From Vicinamibacterales bacterium (lineage in GTDB: Bacteria; Acidobacteriota; Vicinamibacteria; Vicinamibacterales; UBA8438), in the NCBI GenBank assembly GCA_965208535.1, contig CBDBOU010000002.1, positions 2,179,701 through 2,243,700 of the forward strand: a DNA stretch of 64,000 bases. The letters are read 5' to 3'. Made by a program: the position numbers and the translations under genes. Of the stretch, positions 23,918 through 32,777 are shown in pieces (position 1 is the stretch's first letter; every line of letters begins with the position of its first letter). The notes beneath the pieces were generated by a model. The model searched no databases. It was not told the origin of the DNA and saw only the letters and a program-made list of their open reading frames with translations.

Positions 23918-25255
23918 TCAGGCTCCGCACCCGCGCGCGGGGACGGACTGGTCGCAGGCGGCCGGCGCCCCGGGTGTTCGGACGCTTTCTCTCACGGTGC
24001 GGTAGTCGAGCTTGCTCAGTCCGAAGAAGCCGATCCGGGTCGGGTCGTCCGTTCCGCCGCGCTCCCGGCGCATGCGGTGCTCGGCGACGAGGTCCCGGCC
24101 GTACTGCGCCTCGATCCGCTCCCACCACCGGATGTCGCACGGCGTCCCCGTGGTCGGTCCGAAGCCCGGCGCCGGTTGCGGATCGCGCATCGCCGCGTGC
24201 ACGGCCTCCAGCTTGCGCGCCCCCTTCAGGAAGCAGTAGACGCAGTTGGAGAGCTCGGCCGCCGGGTCGAGGCCCAGGTCCCAGGACTGGCGGCTCCAGA
24301 ACCGGTTCACGTCGCCGCGGTCGATGCCCATGCGCTCGAACGGCATGTAGACGTGCTCGCCGTTGTGGTCCGCCTTCGCGTGCGGGTCGTCGTTGCGGCT
24401 GCGCACGCGCGCGATCCGCGCCGGTTCGTCGTTGCGCAGCCCGATCAGGACGACGTACTCGGCGCCGCCCTTGCCGAGCGTGGCGCGGCCGCCGAAGACG
24501 TGTGGTTCGATCTCTGGGTTGTCGAACGGTCGCGCGGCGTCGGAGAAGTCGGCGTAGGCTTGGGCGGGGCGCCTTGTCGGCCGACCGAGCACGTACTGCC
24601 GCTTGCCGATCAGGATCGCGCGCGGGACGGTCCCGCCGGCGCGCCGGTGCAGCTCGTACATCTCGTCGAGGTCGACGCGCGAGTGCGCGCAGCCGTGTCC
24701 GAGGGCGTCGATGCCCGGCTTGCCGGCCAGCCAGTCGGCCAGGAAGGCGCGGGTCGGCCCGAGCTTCAGCTCGGCGGTGCAGACGCGCCGGTGGCGGTTG
24801 GGCAGGTACGCCCTGTGCGAGACCAGCTCCTCGAACACTTCTCCGCGCCAGTGGAAGCCGTTCGGGTTGTTCTGGGTGCGCGGGCGTTCGTTGACCAGCC
24901 GGTAGGACTGCAGGCGGCGCCAGCGGCCGCGGCGCGCGTCCTCGCAGGTCTGGAACTCGGCAAGGAAGAAGGGGATGCGGTAGGTCCGCTCGACGCGTCG
25001 CTTGCACTCGGCGACGAAGCGGTACGTCTCCGGGTGCTCGCAAGCGGTGTTGTTGAAGACGACGACGTCGCCGCGTTCCGGCTTCAGGATGCCGTTCTCG
25101 AGCAGGACGAAGAGCAGCATTCCGCTCGACCGTCCGCCGGAGAACTTGACCACGTGCGGCAGGCGCTCGTGCGTTTCGGAGCGGTACGTCAGGGTGTGGG
25201 AGGCGTGGTTCGCGGCGTCCGTCGTGCGGATCTCGAGTTCGGGTATCGCGTTCAT
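23918..25255 (-). CDS. PAPS-reductase / DndC-like PP-loop ATP pyrophosphatase family protein (446 aa)
   Basis: The ATG at 25255 is in frame with track ORF 23918..25996. The PP-loop VVKFSGGRSSGMLL is followed by NNTACEHPETYRFV, as in the PAPS-reductase fold. A long C-terminal extension carries NCVYCFLKG. Confidence 0.75.
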   Translation of the reverse strand: MNAIPELEIRTTDAANHASHTLTYRSETHERLPHVVKFSGGRSSGMLLFVLLENGILKPERGDVVVFNNTACEHPETYRFVAECKRRVERTYRIPFFLAEFQTCEDARRGRWRRLQSYRLVNERPRTQNNPNGFHWRGEVFEELVSHRAYLPNRHRRVCTAELKLGPTRAFLADWLAGKPGIDALGHGCAHSRVDLDEMYELHRRAGGTVPRAILIGKRQYVLGRPTRRPAQAYADFSDAARPFDNPEIEPHVFGGRATLGKGGAEYVVLIGLRNDEPARIARVRSRNDDPHAKADHNGEHVYMPFERMGIDRGDVNRFWSRQSWDLGLDPAAELSNCVYCFLKGARKLEAVHAAMRDPQPAPGFGPTTGTPCDIRWWERIEAQYGRDLVAEHRMRRERGGTDDPTRIGFFGLSKLDYRTVRESVRTPGAPAACDQSVPARGCGA

Positions 25256-26085
25256 GTCGGGTCTTGTGCTTTGAGCGCGACGCCGTGGATGCGGCCGGCC
25301 GCGAAGCAGCACGGTGCAGCGCCCATGAAGTGGGGCGGGCCGCCTTCGAGCAGCACCATGCCGAGCCGGGTGGCCGCGAAGTCGGCGGTGAAGTGGACCT
25401 CGTCCTGAAGCGGTCCTCCGGCGGCGGCCCTGCCGCCGTCCGGTGCCCCCCGCATCGCGTTCGCGCGCATCTGCTCGCTGGCGATTACCGGCCACTCGAA
25501 GGGCGGCTCGAGCTCGTCGAGCAGCGCGGCGACGTGCTTCTCGATGACGGCGAGGTGTTCGTCGTTGCGGGGCAGCGGGCGCTGCGGATAGTAGGAGGAG
25601 ATCCCGACCAGCTTGCCGCTCTCGACGAACGCCCGGTACTCGACCGGGTAGCCGTCGAGGAAGAGCATCTCGTCGCCGATCCAGGGGCGGCGCCACACGG
25701 GGACGACGACGCGCGGGTAGTCCTCGAGGATCTCCAGCAGGCGGCAGTCGACCGGGAGCGAATGCCGGGTCCCCGCGTCGGGCTTTCGCCCCTCGTTCAT
25801 CGAGAACTTCAGGTCCGCGCTGGCGCAGCAGTCCCAGCGGAGCATCCAGTTGGGGGACGTGGCGCGGCGCACGGCCTCGTACGCGGCGTCGAGCCGTTCC
25901 TGGTGGGGGCCCGCTTCGTCGTGCTGCAGCAGGTCGTAGCGCTCGAAGTCGGTCACGTGCATCGCGGGCACGTGCGGTATCTCGGCGCGTTCGCATGCGC
26001 GGATCCAGTCGCCGAGCGAGTAGGGGCAGAACCTCGACGGGCTCAGCAGCCGGTCCTCCGGGCGGCGGTCGTCGGGCAGCAGCAT
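25252..26085 (-). CDS. ATP-grasp-like protein (putative amidoligase)
   Basis: YPVEYRAFVESGKLVGISSYYP and ..HFTADFAATRLGMVLLEGGPPH resemble ATP-grasp strand motifs (ExRxFV..G and D..E.N-like). Its stop overlaps the ATG of the PP-loop gene (ATGA at 25255-25252). This call rests on motifs only. Confidence 0.5.
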   Translation of the reverse strand: MLLPDDRRPEDRLLSPSRFCPYSLGDWIRACERAEIPHVPAMHVTDFERYDLLQHDEAGPHQERLDAAYEAVRRATSPNWMLRWDCCASADLKFSMNEGRKPDAGTRHSLPVDCRLLEILEDYPRVVVPVWRRPWIGDEMLFLDGYPVEYRAFVESGKLVGISSYYPQRPLPRNDEHLAVIEKHVAALLDELEPPFEWPVIASEQMRANAMRGAPDGGRAAAGGPLQDEVHFTADFAATRLGMVLLEGGPPHFMGAAPCCFAAGRIHGVALKAQDPT

Positions 26086-26137
26086 GGGTGGTTCCTCGTG
26101 GGTTGTCGGCCGCCGGGTGGAAAGGGCTTCGTTGGTG

Positions 26138-26593
26138 TTACCGCGCGTGGTCCCAGATGCGTCCGGGCATCTCTCCGGCCAGCACGCGGTCGATGGCCGT
26201 GGCCGCCTGCTCCGGCGTGATGGTGTGCAGGTTGACGTGCGGTGGCGGGGACAGCAGCCGGTGGGGCGCCAGCCCGTTGAACCCGAGGATCGTGTCGGCG
26301 ACTTCCATCGGTCCCTGGCGGTGGCCGCGTCTGTGCTGCGCGTTGTCGGCGATCCGTGTCGCCGTCTCCGGGTACAGCTCGATGGTGAGCCCGACGATGG
26401 AGCCGACCGTGCAGCTCTCGCGTTCGGCGTGGATGACCCGCATGTCGAGCGTGTCGATCCGCGGCAGCTCCTTCGGCGCGCTCGTCAGCGTGTCGGCTCC
26501 GGTGACGCTGGTCTGTGCCGAGGACCTGTTGTCGGTGATCGACTTCAGCGTGCGTACGGTGTCCCGGACCTTGGTCAGCCTGTCGCGTTTCAT
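26138..26593 (-). CDS. Hypothetical protein (151 aa)
   Basis: MKRDRLTKVRDTVRTLKSITDNRSS.. Its start overlaps the stop of the upstream gene by 4 nt (26590/26593). Confidence 0.55.
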   Translation of the reverse strand: MKRDRLTKVRDTVRTLKSITDNRSSAQTSVTGADTLTSAPKELPRIDTLDMRVIHAERESCTVGSIVGLTIELYPETATRIADNAQHRRGHRQGPMEVADTILGFNGLAPHRLLSPPPHVNLHTITPEQAATAIDRVLAGEMPGRIWDHAR

Positions 26594-26943
26594 TGTGGCC
26601 TCGACGCCGGCGGCGGCTGGATCGCGGCGCGCCGGGCGTTCCTCAGCCAGGCGTGGACCAACTCCTGCACCGCTTCGGGGTTTTCGAGGTCGTCGAATGC
26701 CTCGGGTGCGTCCAGGGCTCGCCACGCCGGCGCTACAAGGCCGCTGACGGGATCCCTGTCCGCGTTGAGCCGCAGGATCAGGACGTCGAATCCTCGTTGC
26801 GCCAGCGTTCCGAAGGCGCGGCGTTCGTCCTTGTCCAGCATGGATCCGGGCGCCAGGGTCCTGACGACGAGCACCCGGTCGCCGATGGTCAGGAACGACG
26901 CCTCGTGCAGTTCGACGCCGTCGAGCAGTTCGTTGGTGTTCAC
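26590..26943 (-). CDS. Hypothetical protein (117 aa)
   Basis: MNTNELLDGVELHEASFLTIGDRVLVVRTLAPGS.. has coding-like composition. Confidence 0.55.
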   Translation of the reverse strand: MNTNELLDGVELHEASFLTIGDRVLVVRTLAPGSMLDKDERRAFGTLAQRGFDVLILRLNADRDPVSGLVAPAWRALDAPEAFDDLENPEAVQELVHAWLRNARRAAIQPPPASRPQ

Positions 26944-27068
26944 TTGGACCAGTTGGATCCGCTCGTCCGTTCCCGGTTGGAGTCTTGCGGATGGCGGTTA
27001 GTGGTTGTTGAAACCGGAGGTTCCGCTTCCGGGAAACAGCGTACCTTCAGGCGGTGTCCGGGTGGTGG

Positions 27069-27272
27069 TCAGAACCTGAACGGCCGGCCCAGCCGGTGCG
27101 AGATGCGTCTTTCGTCCCGCCGGTCGAGGAAGTCGCGCGCGTCGTTCGCGTTCGGGTGCAGCGTCTTCTTGCTGCTGGTTGTGCCGGTTTTGCCGGTTCT
27201 CTCGGCCGGGGCGGCCGGCCTGGTCTGCTGCTGGGCGCGCTCGACTTTCTTGGCCTGGCATCGTTTCATCAT
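27069..27272 (-). CDS. Small basic hypothetical protein (67 aa)
   Basis: MMKRCQAKKVERAQQQTRPAAPAERTGK.. A strong RBS, GGGGGGAGAGAGAC, sits directly upstream of the ATG at 27272. Confidence 0.5.
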   Translation of the reverse strand: MMKRCQAKKVERAQQQTRPAAPAERTGKTGTTSSKKTLHPNANDARDFLDRRDERRISHRLGRPFRF

Positions 27273-27315
27273 GTCTCTCTCCCCCCGCGGTTTGTCTGCG
27301 TTGCGGGCCGGTCGT

Positions 27316-27951
27316 TCACGGCTTGATCGGTTCGACGCACGTTGCGAGCAGCTGCAGGAGGCGCTCGGTTTCCGCGTTGACGGGGATCTCCCGGGTCCGG
27401 GGGCCTTCCGGGTCTTCGTCCTCGAGGACGAGCTCGAGCGTGGCGACGACGTGCATCGGCTTGCCGTCGCAGTCCAGCGGGCACTGCACGTAGTAGCCCG
27501 GCGCGGCGCCGAGTGCGATCCGGATCTCTTCCGGGTGGCGTGGCTTGCCGTCCCAGGTGTTCCACTGGGAGCGCGCCTCGGTGCGGAGTACGGTCTGAAG
27601 GCCGACGTCGCGGCGCAGCTCCGCCGCGCCGGCAGGGCTGCGCTCGTACGCCTCGGCATATCCGGCTCGTTCGTCTTCCCCGGGGTGGTGCAGCCGTACC
27701 AGGTGGTCTTCGCCGGTTGCGTCCAGGTGTGAACGTCTCTTGACGTATATGCGTGTTACGCCGCCTGCGGGGTTCTTCGCTTCTATCGGCCGGTTCGAGA
27801 TCTGTAGGATGACCGGGTCGGTCTCTTCCGGCTGCAGGATCCAGTCCTCGATCAGGGCGAAGGCGTCGCTCAGGTACTTCAGCAGCGAGTGCAGCTCGCG
27901 CGGCGGTGCGGGGTCGACGTTCAGGAAGTCGTACGGATGGTCGTCGTTCAT
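27316..27951 (-). CDS. Hypothetical protein (211 aa)
   Basis: MNDDHPYDFLNVDPAPPRELHSLLKYLSDAFALIEDW.. No recognised motif. Confidence 0.6.
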   Translation of the reverse strand: MNDDHPYDFLNVDPAPPRELHSLLKYLSDAFALIEDWILQPEETDPVILQISNRPIEAKNPAGGVTRIYVKRRSHLDATGEDHLVRLHHPGEDERAGYAEAYERSPAGAAELRRDVGLQTVLRTEARSQWNTWDGKPRHPEEIRIALGAAPGYYVQCPLDCDGKPMHVVATLELVLEDEDPEGPRTREIPVNAETERLLQLLATCVEPIKP

Positions 27952-27990
27952 CGGCTTGTGGTGCTGCGGCCGGTGCCGGCCGCGGTGGTC

Positions 27991-28194
27991 TCACAGGCAG
28001 GTATTGTTGTTCTCGTCCGACGCGGCGGCTTCGAACTCGGCGGACTGCTGCTCTCCGCAGCTCTCGCAGGCCATCTTGCGGCCCTTCGGGTGGTAGAAGG
28101 CGCGCTCTCCCTTCTTGATCTTCCGCCGGCACGTGGCGCACTCTCCCGGGTACCGGGTGGTGATCCATCGCGGGTCGTCTCTGTAGCGTGCCAT
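27991..28194 (-). CDS. Small zinc-ribbon protein (67 aa)
   Basis: TRYPGECATCRRKIKKGERAFYHPKGRKMACESCGE contains a CxxC..CxxC pattern. An AAGGAG RBS lies upstream of the ATG. Confidence 0.6.
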   Translation of the reverse strand: MARYRDDPRWITTRYPGECATCRRKIKKGERAFYHPKGRKMACESCGEQQSAEFEAAASDENNNTCL

Positions 28195-28257
28195 CGTTTG
28201 CTCCTTGCGGTTCGCCGGTTGTGGCCGTGTCGCTCGCGTGGGTGCGGTTGCCGGGTG

Positions 28258-30350
28258 CTAGCCCAAGTTTAACAAGGGTATTTCTAAGCTATTTGGAATC
28301 AGCGGTTTACGCCGGCAAGAATGCTCAAGTGGCACTACAAACGCGCACAAACCGGGAATGGGTCGGTCAGATGGTCGTCTTGCGGACTCCTCCCGGCTGC
28401 GGGTCGATGCCGAGCGCGTCGTAGATGGCCCGCTGTTCGGGTTCGGCTTGCGTGGCGGTGCGCACGTGCAGCGTGCGTCGGTCGGGGCGCCGGAAGGTGG
28501 CGGTGACGCGCTGCTGGCCTTCGAGGATGCGGCGTAGGGTGGTCCAACTGGCGTGTTCGCCGTGGGCGCGCAGCCGGGTGCGGATGACCTGCACGAGCTG
28601 GTAGGCGATGACGGTGATGAACAGGTGGCCGTCGGCGCGCCGCGGCTTGTGGTGGTAGATGGGACGCAGTCCGAGCTCGGACTTCAGCGCGCGGAAGACG
28701 GCCTCTACGTCGGTGAGCGTGGTATAGGTGCGCCACAGGGCGTCTTCGTCCCAGTCGGTCTCGCTGCTGCGCAGACAGTAGACGCCCGGATGCGTGGCCA
28801 TCGAGCCGTCCTGGGGCCGTCGGGTCCAGGTGACGGTGGCGGCCTTCTCACCGGTCTGGTCGGGGGTGACCTCGATCTGGTAGTGCGGGGCGACGCGGGA
28901 ATGCTTTGCCTTCAGTCGCCCGATGCGCTGCCAGACCTGGCCGAGGCGCTTGTGCGCGCGGGGGCGCGCCAGCCCGTCGTTGAGATTGGTCAGGGCCGTC
29001 TCGAAGCGGGCGGCGAAACGTTCGACGATGCCGCGTTCCTTCTCGGCCCGCTCCTCGGAGTAGCAGTACAGGCGCACCTCGTCGGGGTCGGTCGAGACCA
29101 CCTTGTGCAGATGCACGGTCTGTTTGGATTGGGTCTGGATCGCGACGGCGGCCTCGGCGTCGAATTGCCGGTGGCGTTCACGACTGACGACCAGATAGCG
29201 GTAGCCGTTGTCGCGCAGCCACCCGATGGCGGCCTCGGTGGCGACGCCGCGGTCCATGACGACCAGAGCGCCGGCCGGCGCACGAAGCGCCTCGAGCATG
29301 CCGGCCAGCGTGCGGTGCTCGCGGACGTTGCCGGCAAAGACCTGCGAGCGGCGCACGAAGCCGCTGGCGTCGAGCATCAGTCCCAGGGTCAGCAACGGAC
29401 AATCGCTGCGCTTCTCCTTCGAGTGCCCGCGCTTGGCCTGCGGCTGTGCGCTCGCCTCGCCTTCGAAGTAGGTGTTGGTCAGGTCGTAGAGGGTGACCGT
29501 CGGCTGCAGGTCGAACAGGCCCATGGCCCGTTCGAACAGGTGTGCCTCGATCGCGTCGCGATGCTTCACCAGCGCGTCCGAGGCGCGGTAGAGCTGCATC
29601 GCGCTGACGGTCTCGAAGTCGACGCCGAGCAACTCGCCGAGACCGCTGCGGGTTTGCAGCCAGCGGTGCGTCGCGCGCTCCGAGGCCGGCTGGGCCAGGC
29701 GCCCGACGACGGCGCCGACCGCCGCGGTGCGCAGCGCGCCGTTGACACCCAACTCAGTCAGCAGGGCCGGTAGGCCCAACTGCTCCAGGGCCCACAGGCC
29801 GACCTGCTCGACGCCGACGCAGCGGGGGCGGACCAGGCGCAGCGAGTCGACGTCGACCGGCTGGATGTCTGTCGGTCCGGCGGCCGGTCCCTGCACGGGT
29901 GTGCCGCGGGCGATCAACTGTGCGGCTATCCGTTGCGCTTCGTGTTCGACGGCGGTCGGGCAGTCGGGGACCAGGGGCGTCTGGCCGGCCAGGATGTCGT
30001 CGATGCGGGAGCAGAGCAGCGGCCATTGCGCTTGGGGAATGTCGAAGTGGCGTCCGAGATTGAGCAAGGTGCGCTGGCGGACGGCGTTGCCGATGCGCTC
30101 GGAGTGGACGAGGCGATGCGAGAAGTAGGGCTGTCCGTCTTCGGTCCGCCGGGTTTGGGTACGCCGAACGAACATGCGCCCACGATAACGGGTGCACGTC
30201 CACCGAAGCAACACATCCCTGAAAATTATGGCACTACATTCAGCTCTGCCAACCTCCGCTTCTTTAGAATCAACAAGTTACGAGCCTGCGACCTCTGAAA
30301 TATCGCCCAGATCTACAGAATTGTCGGCAATCCTGTTAAACATGGGCTAG
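28258..30350 (-). mobile_element. IS1634-family (IS4 superfamily) insertion sequence, 2093 bp
   Basis: Terminal inverted repeats are CTAGCCCAAGTTTAACAAGG (28258..) and, as the reverse complement of ..30350, CTAGCCCATGTTTAACAGGA. Low-GC ends flank a single long transposase gene. No clear target duplication was found. Confidence 0.85.
28367..30175 (-). CDS. IS1634-family DDE transposase
   Basis: MFVRRTQTRRTEDGQPYFSHRLVHSER.., YDLTNTYFEG, KRGHSKEKRSDCPL, LVVMDRGVATE and YTTLTDVEAVFRALKSELGLRPIYHHK are typical IS1634 blocks. Confidence 0.85.
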   Translation of the reverse strand: MFVRRTQTRRTEDGQPYFSHRLVHSERIGNAVRQRTLLNLGRHFDIPQAQWPLLCSRIDDILAGQTPLVPDCPTAVEHEAQRIAAQLIARGTPVQGPAAGPTDIQPVDVDSLRLVRPRCVGVEQVGLWALEQLGLPALLTELGVNGALRTAAVGAVVGRLAQPASERATHRWLQTRSGLGELLGVDFETVSAMQLYRASDALVKHRDAIEAHLFERAMGLFDLQPTVTLYDLTNTYFEGEASAQPQAKRGHSKEKRSDCPLLTLGLMLDASGFVRRSQVFAGNVREHRTLAGMLEALRAPAGALVVMDRGVATEAAIGWLRDNGYRYLVVSRERHRQFDAEAAVAIQTQSKQTVHLHKVVSTDPDEVRLYCYSEERAEKERGIVERFAARFETALTNLNDGLARPRAHKRLGQVWQRIGRLKAKHSRVAPHYQIEVTPDQTGEKAATVTWTRRPQDGSMATHPGVYCLRSSETDWDEDALWRTYTTLTDVEAVFRALKSELGLRPIYHHKPRRADGHLFITVIAYQLVQVIRTRLRAHGEHASWTTLRRILEGQQRVTATFRRPDRRTLHVRTATQAEPEQRAIYDALGIDPQPGGVRKTTI

Positions 30351-30434
30351 GCGGTCGGCCGGTGTGACTGGCCTGCCGTCTGCGGCTGCGTGTGTGACGC
30401 GTGGCGTCGCGGGCGGTTCAGGCTGTGTCGCGCA

Positions 30435-31262
30435 TCAGAAGGGGATCTCGTCGTCTTTCCCCTCGCCGTTCGGGTCCTCGGCTTCGGGGGCGGGCTCGGG
30501 GATGCGCTCGATCTCGGCGCGGGCGATGGCGAGGGTGGACGGCGCGAAGTCCTTCTGGAGCATCCAGAACAGGAAGTCGTGATGCGCGGCGATCGGGTCT
30601 CCCCGGTGCTTCCCGAAGTTGAACACGACCCGGTCCTGATCGTCGCGCACGAACTTGCCGGCGACGTCGACCATGTTCGGGTTTCCCTCGGTGTGTAGCT
30701 CGTTTGCGCTGGCCTGTCCGGCCATCGCCTCGATGACGGCGATCGTCATCCGCACGTCGTCGCCGGCGTCGTGCGCGCGCAGCGTCTCGGGGACTCGCCC
30801 GACGAAGCGCTCGTAGGCGTCGGTCAGCTTGCGCGGCTCGCGTTTGTGCCACAGCCGCAACGGGTCGACGATGCGCAGGTCCGTGGTGCGCAGCTCGCAG
30901 CTCGCCGCCTCGATCTCGCGCTCGAGGATCTGGGCGTCGGATGAGACCGAGTAGCCGCCGATGTCGGCGCCGTCGAGGAAGGCGGCGACCTCGGCCGCCA
31001 CGTTGCGGAACGGCGGCCACGAGGCGGCCTCTTCGTCGGTGATGCCGTGCACGGCTTTCGAGCCCGGGTCGATGGGCGTCTCCGGATTGACGAACCACTC
31101 GCGTTCCTCGACGGCGCCACCGGGCAGCAGCTTGTGGACGGCGAGGCTCACGAGCCGGGCGTCGGCCGGCGACGGGCCGGTCCACTCGGTGTCGATGACG
31201 CACAGCGGCCGCGTCAGGCCGGGGAGCGCATGGCGGGGTGGGACGGTGCTGTTTTCGGGCAT
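30435..31262 (-). CDS. DnaQ-like DEDDh 3'-5' exonuclease with C-terminal FGKHRG-type (DUF3820-like) domain
   Basis: The ATG at 31262 is in frame with track ORF 30435..31805. Motifs are CVIDTEWTG (ExoI), VHGITDEE, GGYSVSSDAQIL (ExoII) and AHDAGDDVRMT (ExoIII, H-x4-D). The C-terminus reads VVFNFGKHRGDPIAAHHDFLFWML. Confidence 0.8.
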   Translation of the reverse strand: MPENSTVPPRHALPGLTRPLCVIDTEWTGPSPADARLVSLAVHKLLPGGAVEEREWFVNPETPIDPGSKAVHGITDEEAASWPPFRNVAAEVAAFLDGADIGGYSVSSDAQILEREIEAASCELRTTDLRIVDPLRLWHKREPRKLTDAYERFVGRVPETLRAHDAGDDVRMTIAVIEAMAGQASANELHTEGNPNMVDVAGKFVRDDQDRVVFNFGKHRGDPIAAHHDFLFWMLQKDFAPSTLAIARAEIERIPEPAPEAEDPNGEGKDDEIPF

Positions 31263-31327
31263 GGTTTTCCTGCAGCCCGCTGCCGGGGATTCCGGGGCGC
31301 GGTCATTGTGCGGTGGTCGTCGCGCTC

Positions 31328-32401
31328 CTACGGCGCGGTCTTCCCGAACCCGCTCGGGTAGCGTGTGCGGTGGTGCGTCCAGTAGCGGTTGCCGGGGTCG
31401 CGGCCGGCGGCGCGCAGAGCGGCTACCAGAGCGCCTACCGCCTCGCCGGCGCCGGTGTCCAGCGGCTGGTCGTCGATCAGGACCGCGCGCGAGGCGCGGT
31501 CGTAGCGCGCCAGCGTGGTGTGGTGGGCGTTCGGGCCGCTTGACAGGTGCATGACCCAGGCGTTCTTCGGGTCGCCGGGCGTTAGCCGCGGCCAGCAGCG
31601 TGTCAGCAGCAGCCGCGCCAGCGTCTCGGGCTCGCAGGTTTCGACGCGCGGCTCCACGGAGTCGTCGACCGCGCGGGTCCTTACCTGGATCGCCGCCCCC
31701 GCGGCGAAGGCGCGGGCCGCGGCTGTCAGCATTCCCGGCGTGGGCGCCGGCGGCCGGAACCCCGCGTTGTCGGTGGCCGCGACCCGGGCCAGGCGTCCGA
31801 GGCACGGCGGCGCGATGTCGACGCGTTTGTCCCCGGCGGTGATCTTCGGGTTGACGAGTGGGTCAACCGGGTCGACGTTGAGCGTCAGCGGCAGTGCGTC
31901 GCCATGTCCCGGCCAGCCGTCGATGCGCAGGCGGATCCGCGCTGCGGCGCCGGCCGACGGTGCAACCGTCGTCCCGCGCGGGCTGTCGAACGAGACATCG
32001 ATCGTGTCGGTCATCGACGCGGTGAGCCGCTCGATCCGCATGGCGGCGGTCTCAGCCGCCCGGCGGTCTTCATTGCTCGTGCGCGGGCGCTCGCGCTCGC
32101 GGCGCTGGCAGGCCAGCACAGCCTGTTGCAGGCGATCGAATCCGAACATCTCGACCGCCGTCGCGGTCGAGAGGCGCTCGGCGACCGCCGGCGCCGCGCT
32201 GGCCAGCGGCAGGAACGGCGCGGCGGCCCGCTCGGTCGGACCGGGGCCGCCGCGCGGGACGGCCAGCGGGTAGGGGTGCGGTTCGTTGCGGGTATCGCGC
32301 GCGGTCGCCAGGTGGAAGTCGTGCCGGGCTATCCGCCAGTCGGCGGCGTCGCCCCTTGCGTTCGACCCGCGTCCGGCTCTGCTGGAGGTGTTCGTCGTCA
32401 T
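31328..32401 (-). CDS. Hypothetical protein (357 aa)
   Basis: High-GC3 coding-like frame with no recognised motif. Confidence 0.55.
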   Translation of the reverse strand: MTTNTSSRAGRGSNARGDAADWRIARHDFHLATARDTRNEPHPYPLAVPRGGPGPTERAAAPFLPLASAAPAVAERLSTATAVEMFGFDRLQQAVLACQRRERERPRTSNEDRRAAETAAMRIERLTASMTDTIDVSFDSPRGTTVAPSAGAAARIRLRIDGWPGHGDALPLTLNVDPVDPLVNPKITAGDKRVDIAPPCLGRLARVAATDNAGFRPPAPTPGMLTAAARAFAAGAAIQVRTRAVDDSVEPRVETCEPETLARLLLTRCWPRLTPGDPKNAWVMHLSSGPNAHHTTLARYDRASRAVLIDDQPLDTGAGEAVGALVAALRAAGRDPGNRYWTHHRTRYPSGFGKTAP

Positions 32402-32437
32402 GGCCGGTACTGTAAGCCGGCCGGGTGCCCGGGCGGG

Positions 32438-32758
32438 TCAGTCGAGGGGGAACGCGTAGCGGTCGGGCGGGATCCGGATCCCGAGCACGGTGGTGCGCAC
32501 GTACGCGTTGCGGCCGTACCGGACGTGCTCGCGGCGGTAGACGCCCAGGTGGCGCAGCGTGCAGCGGACGCACCAGCACGCGCGGCGGTCGGGCTCGATG
32601 CCGCCCAGGCGGCCGATCAGGCGGCAGATGGCGGCCGCCGGCCCGCGTGTCCGTCCGCGCGACCAGTGATGCGTGGTCCGGTTCGTGTTCGGCATCTGGT
32701 TCTTCCGCCGGCTCTTCGGCGGCAGGGGTGCCGACGGCGCCGGGATCGCTCGATCCAT
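32438..32758 (-). CDS. Small basic Cys-containing hypothetical protein
   Basis: ..HHWSRGRTRGPAAAICRLIGRLGGIEPDRRACWCVRCTLRHLGVYRREH.. The start is 32758 or 32695. Confidence 0.4.
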   Translation of the reverse strand: MDRAIPAPSAPLPPKSRRKNQMPNTNRTTHHWSRGRTRGPAAAICRLIGRLGGIEPDRRACWCVRCTLRHLGVYRREHVRYGRNAYVRTTVLGIRIPPDRYAFPLD

Positions 32759-32777
32759 GGTCGATGTGCAGTCCTTC

